From the NCBI GenBank assembly GCA_040400005.1, contig JBBARC010000007.1, forward strand, positions 17,744-81,743: a stretch of DNA of 64,000 bases. Reading direction: 5' to 3'. The notes below the pieces were generated by a model. The model saw only the letters and a program-made list of their open reading frames with translations, did not search any database and was not told where the DNA came from. Source of the DNA: Acetobacteraceae bacterium (GTDB lineage: Bacteria > Pseudomonadota > Alphaproteobacteria > Acetobacterales > Acetobacteraceae). Numbering within the stretch: the first letter of the stretch is position 1; each line of letters opens with the position of its first letter. Of this stretch, positions 39,366 through 47,870 are shown in pieces. Both the position numbers and the translations under genes were made by a program.

Positions 39366-41054
39366 TCAGGGCTGGGTTGCCTCGCCATCATCCTTGGGCG
39401 CCAAACCGCGCAAAACCGCCTCGCGCAAGGTTTGCGTATCGGCCAAATTCTGCCCTGCCGGCACCGCCAGAAAATGCCCAGCCGCACCCAGCCACCGCTC
39501 GGCGCCAAAACCGCTGCCGCGTTCAATGGCAAAACGCGGGGCATGGCCCAAAATAGCCGCCTGGGACGCCGCGTCACGCCCGGCAAACAGCTCCCAGCAC
39601 GGCATGGATACCACGCACGTGGGCAAACCCAGCGCATCCAGCTCATCGCCCAAGGCCAGGGCCAGCGCCAATTCGGGGCCGCTGGCAATGAGCGTCAACG
39701 TCCGCTGGTTACCGCCGGCGGCAGGCTCGCGCCTCACGTAGGCCCCGCCGGCGCAGGCGCCGCGCCGGTCCATGGGTGGTAAAATCGCCGCCTCAGCGGA
39801 TAGCAGCAGCACCGACGGCCCGGCCACGTGGCGCAGCGCCAGCGCCAGGCATTCCGCGGTTTCATGCGCATCGGCGGGGCGAAACACGGTTAGCCCCTGC
39901 AAACTGCGCCACGCCGTGCGCTGCCCGCCACTGGGGCAATCCATCCCCGGTTCAATTAATCCCAGCACCATCCGCCAGCCGTTGACCGCGGCCATGCGCA
40001 TGGCCGGGCGCAACGCTTCTGCATCTTCCAGGCTCAGCACGCTTAAGGCCACCACCCCGCCATGCTGGGCCATGCCACCCAACCCCGCCCCCATCGCCTG
40101 AATTTGGCCCTGCCACGGTATCGCCCGGCCCGGGCTTTGCCCCGACATGACCGCTTGGCCCAGCGGTATATCGGCGGTCATGCCGGCAACGTCAGGCAAA
40201 CCTGCTGCCAACGCGGTTAGCTGCAAAACCGCTTCGGTGCTGGGCGCACAGGGGCCAGCCGTGGCCCCGCCGGCCGCCGCCGGCACCGCGTAACGCCCGT
40301 CCATGCTCGCCAAAAACTCCGCCCGCTGCGCATGACGCGCCAGCCGTTTTAGCCACCCGCGCCGCACCGCAGCCCGGCTGCCAGCGCGGCCCCAAGCGGG
40401 CGGCTGATCGCCCAATGGCGCATCGGCCACCGATAAATCTGCGCATAAAATTAAACTCGGCCGCCGCCCGCGCTGGGCGGCCGACACCGCCGATGCCAGC
40501 GCCACCATGCCGGCATCGGGCCGTTTAACCAGCCAGCCGAGGGCTGCGAAAAGGGTCGCTGTTTCCTCGGCGCCGTCCGCTGCCACCAGAACGCACAAGC
40601 GATCCAGTTTTAAACTGCCGGCGAGCGATGCCGCTTCCCGCGCCGTCCCATGGGCAAGGCTTGCAGCATCCCCCACTAGCCAACACGCATGATCCACCAG
40701 CGACCGGCCAAACCGCGCCGCCAGCAGGCGTTCGGCCAAGGCCGCCCCCACGGCAATGCCCAGCATGTGCGCAGGGTTTGCGGTGACCTGTTCGTGCAAG
40801 GGCTGTATGGCGCCGGCCAGGTGCGTAAGCGCGTCGCCCAATGCGGCCGTGCTGCCGGCCAAAAATAACCGGTCGCGGTCGAGCCAGTGCGGGTCGGCGG
40901 GGTCTAGCCGCCATTGCCGTGTAAGCAAATAGGCCAGCGCCGCCGCCGCCGGCCGTAAAATTTTATCGTCAGTGAGGGCTGCCGCCATGGCGGCAATTTC
41001 GTTATCTATCGATGCAGGTGGTGTGCCCAGTGGCGTGACAATGGGCTGGGTCAC
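39366..41054 (-). CDS. Transketolase-like protein with degenerate cofactor and catalytic motifs (putative pseudoenzyme)
   Basis: Collinear with Tkt over its full length and sits in the tkt slot of a tkt-gap-pgk operon. However SNGHG is replaced by AGSTA, GDG by GDA, DDN by AAD and GEDGPTHQ by CPSGGQRT. GTG start overlaps the upstream stop (GTGA). Confidence 0.7.
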   Translation of the reverse strand: MTQPIVTPLGTPPASIDNEIAAMAAALTDDKILRPAAAALAYLLTRQWRLDPADPHWLDRDRLFLAGSTAALGDALTHLAGAIQPLHEQVTANPAHMLGIAVGAALAERLLAARFGRSLVDHACWLVGDAASLAHGTAREAASLAGSLKLDRLCVLVAADGAEETATLFAALGWLVKRPDAGMVALASAVSAAQRGRRPSLILCADLSVADAPLGDQPPAWGRAGSRAAVRRGWLKRLARHAQRAEFLASMDGRYAVPAAAGGATAGPCAPSTEAVLQLTALAAGLPDVAGMTADIPLGQAVMSGQSPGRAIPWQGQIQAMGAGLGGMAQHGGVVALSVLSLEDAEALRPAMRMAAVNGWRMVLGLIEPGMDCPSGGQRTAWRSLQGLTVFRPADAHETAECLALALRHVAGPSVLLLSAEAAILPPMDRRGACAGGAYVRREPAAGGNQRTLTLIASGPELALALALGDELDALGLPTCVVSMPCWELFAGRDAASQAAILGHAPRFAIERGSGFGAERWLGAAGHFLAVPAGQNLADTQTLREAVLRGLAPKDDGEATQP

Positions 41055-41758
41055 GCGATGGTAATGCTTAAGGGTGCATCGCCCAAGCCGATAAACAGCC
41101 GGGGTATGGCATTATCCAAGCCGCTATCATCCAGCGCCCGCGGCAGCACGATATCGGCAATCGGCCCCCCGCCGGCAGCGCGTAGAGCGGCGATAATGCC
41201 GGGGTCGGCTGCCAGCGGTGCCAGCGTCCAGGTGCTGGCCACGGTTAACTGTGTGGCCGCGTCGCGCGCGACAAAACCTGCCTCGCGCGGAAATTGCGCC
41301 GCCAGCCGCGCCAATTCGGTGGCCGATAGGTGATCAAACCATAGGGTGACACTGGCTTCATCAGGAATCGTCCCGGCTTGGGCGGCGCCAAAATTCACCT
41401 CGGAAACGCCGCTCAGGCAACCCACGCCCCGTGCCCGCGCCATACGGTCGGCCGCGTCAATCAGCCGCGCAACCGTTAACACCGGGTCTTGCCGGGCTGC
41501 GTGCGGGGTGGTTGCGTGGGCGGCCGCGCGGCCTTTTACCAGTAGCCGAAATCCCACCCGGCCGGCGGCAATGGGGGCCACCGCAAGCGCGCCTGGCGCC
41601 ACCAGATCAGGCACCACGGCCGCCACAATAACTAACCCAGCCGGCGCCCCCATGGTGTGGTCACCACCCGGCAAATGGGCCGCCATGGCCGCCGCTGCTG
41701 GCCCGGCCAGGTGAATGCGCCCAGGCGGCGGCACAAAGCCGCCCAATATACCCGTCAT
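41051..41758 (-). CDS. Truncated M20-family (carbamoyl-amino-acid/allantoate amidohydrolase-like) protein lacking the N-terminal metal-binding half
   Basis: LLVKGRAAHATTPHAARQDPVLTVARLI...GVSEVNFGAAQAGTIPDEASVTLWFDH is collinear with the dimerisation-domain region of M20 amidohydrolases. Only 235 aa. Confidence 0.5.
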   Translation of the reverse strand: MTGILGGFVPPPGRIHLAGPAAAAMAAHLPGGDHTMGAPAGLVIVAAVVPDLVAPGALAVAPIAAGRVGFRLLVKGRAAAHATTPHAARQDPVLTVARLIDAADRMARARGVGCLSGVSEVNFGAAQAGTIPDEASVTLWFDHLSATELARLAAQFPREAGFVARDAATQLTVASTWTLAPLAADPGIIAALRAAGGGPIADIVLPRALDDSGLDNAIPRLFIGLGDAPLSITIA

Positions 41759-41839
41759 GGTATTCACAAAAACAGGGCAGGGCAGGGTTTCATTCCCCCA
41801 TCTTGCCGCTGAACGCTGGCTCTGCAACCCTGTATCGTA

Positions 41840-42280
41840 ATGCAAACCCATGCCCGCCGTACCGCACGTTTATTAGCCCCAGCCGTTTTGGCGCTGCTGG
41901 CGGTAGTTTTGGGCGCCTGCCATCTGATCGATCAGCGCGATTTCACCCCTGGCGCCGGAAAAAAACCCCAGCCGCCAGCGGCGCCGTTACCGGCCCCGCC
42001 CGCCCCGGCCCTGGTGACTATCCGGTTTGACACGCCCACCCCGGCCTATGGCATCCCGCTGGCCCGCGCGGTGGCCCGTGCCCTGGCGGTGAAACCTAAT
42101 GTCACTTTCTTAATTGAAGCCGCCACCGCCAACGCCGGCCAAACCCCGGCCGCCATCGCCGCCGGGCAGGATGTCGCCCGCGTGGTGCGCGCCAGTGGTG
42201 CGGCGCGCGGCCAAATCGAACAATCCGTGGCGATCGACCCGGCCCTTACCGCAACCGAAGTCCGCGTGCGCCTGCGCTAG
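41840..42280 (+). CDS. Hypothetical lipoprotein
   Basis: Signal peptide with lipobox LGAC, followed by a Pro/Ala-rich linker. Confidence 0.5.
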   Translation: MQTHARRTARLLAPAVLALLAVVLGACHLIDQRDFTPGAGKKPQPPAAPLPAPPAPALVTIRFDTPTPAYGIPLARAVARALAVKPNVTFLIEAATANAGQTPAAIAAGQDVARVVRASGAARGQIEQSVAIDPALTATEVRVRLR

Positions 42281-42444
42281 GCCCCAAGCCCCCCCATTCG
42301 CTCTCACTGATCTGAGTCAACGCCAACCCCACTTAGGTATAGCGTAAAGTAAAATACCGTAGCCTCACGCCGACCCGCACCTTGAGCGGTAAAATCTTCA
42401 CACTACTTGCCTTTAGGGCCACCCGCATGCGATGGCCGAATGTC

Positions 42445-43674
42445 ATGAGGACAGTACCCGTGCATCCTTTCTACGATCACTGCCGCGCAACACTGGCTGA
42501 CATCCACACCCAAGGGCGCTATCGGCGTTTCTCGCCGCTGGCCAAGCAGGCCGGCCGCTACCCGCGCTACCGCATGGACCAGGACGGTCTTTCGCGCGAA
42601 GTGATCGTCTGGTCATCTAACGACTACCTCGGAATGGGCACCGATCCCGTGCTGATTGAAGCAGCCGTAGAAGCCGCGCAAAAATACGGCACCGGCGCCG
42701 GCGGCACCCGCAACATAGCCGGATCATCCCCGCTGCACCGCGCGCTGGAAGCGGAATTGGCCAGCCTGCACGGCAAGGAAGCGGCGCTGTTGTTCGTGTC
42801 CGGCTACGTTTCCAACCAGGCCAGCCTGCAAACCATCCTGCAAAGCTTCCCCAACTGGCAGGTGTTTTCGGATGCCAAAAACCACGCCAGTATGATCGCC
42901 GGCATTAAATCGGCCCGCCACGCCACCTGCCATGTATTCGCCCATAACGACATGGACGATCTGCGCGCGCGCTTGGCCGCCGCCCCCAAAGACGCGCCCA
43001 AAATGATTGCCTTCGAAAGCGTCTATTCGATGGACGCCGATATCGCGCCGATCGAGGAGATTGTGGCACTGGCGGAAGAATTCGGGGCGCTGACCTATTT
43101 GGATGAAGTCCACGCCGTTGGCATGTACGGCCCATCGGGTGCCGGCGTCGCTGAACGCGAAGGCCTGGCCCACCGCATCGACATCATTGAAGGCACGCTG
43201 GCCAAAGCTTTCGGCTGCCTGGGTGGTTACATCACCGGATCGGCCGAGCTGGTTGATTTTGTGCGCTCCACCGCATCAGGCTTTATCTTTACCACATCCT
43301 TGCCGCCAACCGTGGTGGCGCCGGCGCTGGCCAGTGTGCGCCACGTGCGCCGCGACCACACCCGCCGCGCCGCCCTGTTTGCCCGCGCTGAAACCCTAAA
43401 GGCAAAACTCGATCGTGCCGGCCTGCCACGCCTGCCATCGGTTAGCCACATCGTGCCCGTGCACATTGGCGATGCAGCGCTGTGCAGCGATGTCAGCCGC
43501 CGCCTGCTGGACGATTTCGGCCATTACGCAACCCCGATTAATTACCCAACGGTTCCCCGCGGCACCGAACGCCTGCGCCTGACGCCGGGGCCGTTTCATA
43601 CCGATTCCATGATGGATAATTTGGTTGAGAGCCTGACTAAGATTTTGCGGCCAGCTAAGGCTGTGGCGGCTTAA
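42445..43674 (+). CDS. hemA: 5-aminolevulinate synthase
   Basis: GRYRRFSPL...[11 protein letters not shown] and a PLP-enzyme body of about 409 aa from the ATG at 42445. Confidence 0.9.
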   Translation: MRTVPVHPFYDHCRATLADIHTQGRYRRFSPLAKQAGRYPRYRMDQDGLSREVIVWSSNDYLGMGTDPVLIEAAVEAAQKYGTGAGGTRNIAGSSPLHRALEAELASLHGKEAALLFVSGYVSNQASLQTILQSFPNWQVFSDAKNHASMIAGIKSARHATCHVFAHNDMDDLRARLAAAPKDAPKMIAFESVYSMDADIAPIEEIVALAEEFGALTYLDEVHAVGMYGPSGAGVAEREGLAHRIDIIEGTLAKAFGCLGGYITGSAELVDFVRSTASGFIFTTSLPPTVVAPALASVRHVRRDHTRRAALFARAETLKAKLDRAGLPRLPSVSHIVPVHIGDAALCSDVSRRLLDDFGHYATPINYPTVPRGTERLRLTPGPFHTDSMMDNLVESLTKILRPAKAVAA

Positions 43675-43678
43675 TAAA

Positions 43679-43797
43679 AGGGTCTTCTTTTCTGAAGAAA
43701 AGAAGCAAAAGACTTTTATCATGTGGGGACGGGGGGACAGCTCGCCGGCGGGTGCTGGGATGCCTGCTTAAGAAAGTCTTTTTGCTTCGTTTTCTCC
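43679..43797. repeat. AT-rich palindromic repeat family, copy E5 (left arm and core; right arm decayed)
   Basis: AGGGTCTTCTTTTCTGAAGAAAAGAAGCAAAAGACTTTTATCA ... core ... TTAAGAAAGTCTTTTTGCTTCGTTTTCTCC. Confidence 0.85.
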
Positions 43798-43869
43798 AGG
43801 ACACGGATGGGCTTGCGGCGTCTCTTCGTTCTCACTTGTGCTGCTATCTATTTCGGTTGGTTTTGTATT

Positions 43870-44778
43870 ATGAAAGCGATTTTTGATACCCGGACCGGTT
43901 CTGGTTATGACGATGACGTGACCCGGCGCTACCATTTTCCCATTCGGTATCTACCTGAGGCGAAACGCGCGTTGGGGGATTGGATTGTGTATCGCGAACC
44001 GCGGCGCGGCGGCGGGCGAGAAGGCTATGTGGCTGTTGCGCGACTGGAAAGTATCATACCTGATCCGTCCGACCCAAAACTCGCTTACGGCATGGTGTCG
44101 GATTATCTCGCTTTTGATTGCGTCGTGCCGTTGCGGCACAGCGAGGGGTTTTCTGAAGATCGACTCGATTTGGTGGCCGACTCCTCACGGTTGGGGGCCG
44201 CTTTACAAGGTAAGTCGATACGGGCGATTTCGGATGTTGAGTTTGGTGCCATTGTGCGCGCTGGCCTAATTCAAACCTTGGCACCGGCGAACGCCATACG
44301 GTTGGGGTTGGACGCGGCTGAAAGCGGCGCGGATATCGGTGGTTTGGCACACGCCCCAATAGAGGATCAGGCGCGGCGTATTGAGGCGATGTTGGTTAAT
44401 CGTAAGATACGGGATGCTGCGTTTCGGCGTGGGGTATTGGATGCATATGATAATCGCTGCGCGGTGACTGGTATTCGAATGGTGAATGGCGGTGGACGGG
44501 CGGAGGCGCAGGCGGCGCATATTTGGCCGGTGTCTGATGGTGGGCCCGATGTGGTGCAGAATGGATTGGCGTTATCTGGCACGATCCATTGGCTGTTTGA
44601 TCGGCACCTTATTTCCTTGACCGATGATTGCGCGCTGCTGGTGGCGCATAACCGCGTGCCAGGTGAGTTGCGTGGATTGTTTGCGCAGCAATTGGATCGG
44701 ATTTTCTTGCCGAAGGATCCAAGCTTTTGGCCGCATCCGGCCTATATCCGCCGGCATAGAGAAGCGTTTGTCGGGTAA
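43870..44778 (+). CDS. HNH endonuclease with an N-terminal non-HNH domain (candidate modification-dependent restriction enzyme)
   Basis: HNH_2-type motif CAVTG...AAHIWP......VQNGLALSGTIHWLFDRHLIS. The N-terminal 130 aa (GSGYDDDVTRRYHFP...WIVYRE) precede it. GC3 is lower than in neighbouring genes. Confidence 0.8.
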   Translation: MKAIFDTRTGSGYDDDVTRRYHFPIRYLPEAKRALGDWIVYREPRRGGGREGYVAVARLESIIPDPSDPKLAYGMVSDYLAFDCVVPLRHSEGFSEDRLDLVADSSRLGAALQGKSIRAISDVEFGAIVRAGLIQTLAPANAIRLGLDAAESGADIGGLAHAPIEDQARRIEAMLVNRKIRDAAFRRGVLDAYDNRCAVTGIRMVNGGGRAEAQAAHIWPVSDGGPDVVQNGLALSGTIHWLFDRHLISLTDDCALLVAHNRVPGELRGLFAQQLDRIFLPKDPSFWPHPAYIRRHREAFVG

Positions 44779-44840
44779 GCGTTGCGACGGGCCTGAGTTG
44801 GCGAGGGCGCCGGCGGTAGCGCATTTGGCCTTACAAAATT

Positions 44841-44860
44841 GTACGTAATCGAGTACGTAA
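44841..44860 (+). promoter_or_regulatory. Putative YefM-YoeB operator: two GTACGTAA boxes (TACGTA palindromes) 12 bp centre-to-centre
   Basis: GTACGTAAtcgaGTACGTAA ends 4 bp before the yefM ATG. The E. coli yefM-yoeB operator has paired TGTACA cores at 12-bp spacing (recalled from the literature). Confidence 0.55.
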
Positions 44861-44864
44861 ACTC

Positions 44865-45137
44865 ATGCGCATAACATCATACAGCGAGCTTCGGCGGCAC
44901 TTGGCGGCGACATTGGATAGTGTGATTAATGATCACGCGCCGGTGGTGATTACGCGTGACCGAGGAAAGCCGGCCGCGGTATTGATATCGCTGGAAGATT
45001 TTGCTTCCTACGAGGAGACCAGGCATTTGCTGCGCAGCCCAAAAAATGCGGCGCGGTTGCTAGAGGCGGTGCGGGCTTTGGATGCGCCGCACGCGATTGA
45101 TGAGCGTGGTGGGAGCGTTCGCGCGTTAGCGGATTGA
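44865..45137 (+). CDS. yefM: Type II antitoxin, YefM/Phd family
   Basis: MRITSYSELRRHLAATLDSVINDHAPVVITRDRGKPAAVLISLEDFASYEET. Confidence 0.9.
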   Translation: MRITSYSELRRHLAATLDSVINDHAPVVITRDRGKPAAVLISLEDFASYEETRHLLRSPKNAARLLEAVRALDAPHAIDERGGSVRALAD

Positions 45138-45388
45138 AACTGGTTTTCCATGCACAGGCCTGGGAGGATTACCTTTACTGGCAAGCGGCTGACCGCAACG
45201 TGCTGCTGCGGATCAATGGGTTGATTAGGGAGGCGTGCCGCACGCCGTTTGCCGGCACAGGCAAGCCTGAGCCGTTGAGGAATGAGCTTTCCGGTTGGTG
45301 GTCACGGCGGATCACGCCGGAGCACCGCTTGGTGTATCGGCCGCAGAATGACAGCCTGTTGATCGCGCAATGCCGCCATCACTATTGA
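45134..45388 (+). CDS. yoeB: Type II toxin, YoeB/Txe family mRNA interferase
   Basis: W.DYLYWQ..D...L.RIN.LI....R.PF.G.GKPEPL...LSGWWSRRI..EHRLVY. TTG start overlaps the yefM stop. Confidence 0.9.
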   Translation: MKLVFHAQAWEDYLYWQAADRNVLLRINGLIREACRTPFAGTGKPEPLRNELSGWWSRRITPEHRLVYRPQNDSLLIAQCRHHY

Positions 45389-45422
45389 CGTTAAAGCAGA
45401 AGTTTTAGAAACGTTCTTTACC

Positions 45423-45476
45423 ATAAAACCAAAAGTTCTTTTGTTTCTTTTTCTTCAGAAATAGAAAATTCTGACC
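45423..45476. repeat. AT-rich palindromic repeat family, solo arm (E6)
   Basis: ATAAAACCAAAAGTTCTTTTGTTTCTTTTTCTTCAGAAATAGAAAATTCTGACC. Confidence 0.85.
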
Positions 45477-45481
45477 TTCCC

Positions 45482-47692
45482 CTACCTGTGCGTCAAAACC
45501 CTGACCAGCTCAGTGGTCGTGCCCAATGTTGTGATTTTCAGCACAGCACTAAGCACAATAGGATAAGTGCCCGTGGCAAGGCTCGCGGGCACCGTCACGC
45601 GCCCGGAAAATTCATTGGTGGCGCGGCGGTAAGTCAGGCATTGCGGGGCGGCGCCACCGATGGTGGCGGTCACCGCGCAGCTGCCCAAGGATCGCGCCAG
45701 GGTTTCGGTGATCGGCGTTGCGCTGGCATCGGCCAGTTGCAGGCTAACCGTCACAGTATTGCCGGCACGCACGGGTTTGGCCGGGGGCGGGGCAAGGTTG
45801 GTCAGCGCCAGGCCGACCACATAAGTCAGGCTGGCGGTGCCGGTGGTGCCAGCGGTGTTGGTGGCGGTACAGATCAAGCTTTTGGCACCTAGCATGGTGG
45901 CATCGGGCGGCGCGCAACTGGCGCTGGCAATGCCGGACAGGCTGGCGGCGGGGTTGGCCGCGGCGGTCACAACTGCGCCGAGCAAGGGTTGGGCCGGGGT
46001 GATGGTTGGGGTGAGCGCTGGTATGGCGCTGTCTATGTTGATGGTGGCGAGGGACGCCGCACTGGTGGCGCCGGCGGCATCGGTTGCTGTGCAAGAAACG
46101 GCGTTGGCCCCGGGGGTGGTAACTAACACGGCGGCGTTGGCCGCTGTGGTGGCGATGCCGGTTGGTGCGGCAAGCGTCGCACCAGTGCATTGCAGGCTCG
46201 CGATGGTGCTGGTGGACGTGCTGGCGGCAAAGCTGCCGGTAACCGGGCTTGCGGCAAACCAGCCACTTGCGGGTGCTGCGGGCAGGCTAAGCGTCGCGGC
46301 AGGCGGCACCGCCGCTGGCAGGTTCACAATGGCGGTAAAAACATCGAAATTGGTGGCGCCGTTGGGGTTGTCGCCGGTGCTGTTGGAATTATCGGCCCAC
46401 GCCGGCACCAGGCGGCCGTTGGCAAAGGCGTTGCCGGTGTAATCACCGTAATCGGCTTTTTTAAACGCGGCGATGCTATTGGCCTGGTTAGACGTGCCAG
46501 CGCTGATCAAAAAATTGGCAGAAAAACTAGCACCACCATCGGTGCTGAAACTGCCGGCGTATTGGGCTGTATTGTTCAGCGGCGCATTGCGTGCATCGTA
46601 CCAGGTAACGGCCACGGCACCGGTGGATTGGTCCAGCGCAATACGCGGCAGAAACTGGCTGTTGGCGGTGGCATCATCGTTCACCCGCACAGGGTTGTGC
46701 CAGGTGACACCAAGATCATCGGATGTGGTGACAAAGATATTGGTATCTGGCCCGCCGGGGGCGGTGGCATCGGTATAAACCAAGTAGACACGGCCGCGGT
46801 GGGGGCCGGTTGTGCGGTCTATCGCCAGGCCTGCTTCGGGGTCGATGCCCCAGTTGGGTTGGGCGGGGATATTAGTGAAGCCGCCCAGGTTGGTGGCGGC
46901 CACTTGCACCGGCGGGTTGAAAGGCGCGGCGCCTAACCCGTCGGGGTCGGTTTGGGTATAAATGGTGCCGCCGCTGCCGCCCGAATTGGGGCCGTAGGTG
47001 ACAATCGCTTCGCCCGCAGGGCCCACTGCGATATCGCCAAAGTTTACCCCCACCGGCTGGCTCGGCAGCAATTGCGAAGTAAACGCACCGACCTTGCCGG
47101 TGCCGGTCACGGCAGCCGAGGACACCGCGATGCCGCCCTGGGTAAAATAGGTCAGCCACACACTACCTGGCGCGCCGTTGCTGCCCGGGCCAACGGCCAC
47201 TGTCGGCTGGTCGCCCGCCAGCGGCAGGTTGGTTGCTGGCAGCAACAACACAGGGGCTGTGCTGACCGGCGATTTGAAATTTTGGCCGCCATCAGTGCTC
47301 AGCGCGAGGCCGACGTAGCTGGCAGAACGGGTGGACCCTTGCACCAAATAGGTGATGAACAAATTGCCAAAACTGTCCCAGGCAAGGCTCACGTTACCAT
47401 AAGCGCGCGGCAGGTCGCCGGCGGCGGGAATAGGCGAAATCGCGATGATTTTGTGTGCCCAACTGATGCCGGCATCTCTGCTGTGGGCGATCGCCAGGCC
47501 GCCGGTTTCGTTGCGGGCGGCAATAAACATTTCTGTGGGGTCGGCAGGGTTTATGGCGACCGCGGGTTCGTATTGGTTACCAGGCGCTTGGGATAGGTTG
47601 ATGTTGGGGCCAACAACGGGCGCAGTTTGGGCGAAGGCGGGGGCGATGGCGGTTATGGCGATGCAGGTGGCCAAAAGGGTTTTTTTAAACAT
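45482..47692 (-). CDS. Secreted BNR/Asp-box repeat (sialidase-fold) protein with Ala/Thr-rich Ig-like C-terminal region
   Basis: Signal peptide. Asp-boxes SRDAGISW, STDGGQNF, SDDLGVTW and STDGGASF. Confidence 0.75.
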   Translation of the reverse strand: MFKKTLLATCIAITAIAPAFAQTAPVVGPNINLSQAPGNQYEPAVAINPADPTEMFIAARNETGGLAIAHSRDAGISWAHKIIAISPIPAAGDLPRAYGNVSLAWDSFGNLFITYLVQGSTRSASYVGLALSTDGGQNFKSPVSTAPVLLLPATNLPLAGDQPTVAVGPGSNGAPGSVWLTYFTQGGIAVSSAAVTGTGKVGAFTSQLLPSQPVGVNFGDIAVGPAGEAIVTYGPNSGGSGGTIYTQTDPDGLGAAPFNPPVQVAATNLGGFTNIPAQPNWGIDPEAGLAIDRTTGPHRGRVYLVYTDATAPGGPDTNIFVTTSDDLGVTWHNPVRVNDDATANSQFLPRIALDQSTGAVAVTWYDARNAPLNNTAQYAGSFSTDGGASFSANFLISAGTSNQANSIAAFKKADYGDYTGNAFANGRLVPAWADNSNSTGDNPNGATNFDVFTAIVNLPAAVPPAATLSLPAAPASGWFAASPVTGSFAASTSTSTIASLQCTGATLAAPTGIATTAANAAVLVTTPGANAVSCTATDAAGATSAASLATINIDSAIPALTPTITPAQPLLGAVVTAAANPAASLSGIASASCAPPDATMLGAKSLICTATNTAGTTGTASLTYVVGLALTNLAPPPAKPVRAGNTVTVSLQLADASATPITETLARSLGSCAVTATIGGAAPQCLTYRRATNEFSGRVTVPASLATGTYPIVLSAVLKITTLGTTTELVRVLTHR

Positions 47693-47870
47693 GGTGAGGT
47701 GGTGCTTTCCCGCGTGTGACGACGACATCCCCGTCGTTATGCGGCGATGCTGACCACAGCCTGACGGGGATAGCGGGATCGCTAAAATGTGAAGTACTCT
47801 TGTGCACGAGCGCTTTTCCCCCGCCCCACCCGGCGCGCTGGCAGACGGTAGTGCCTCTTCGCTGCCATCA

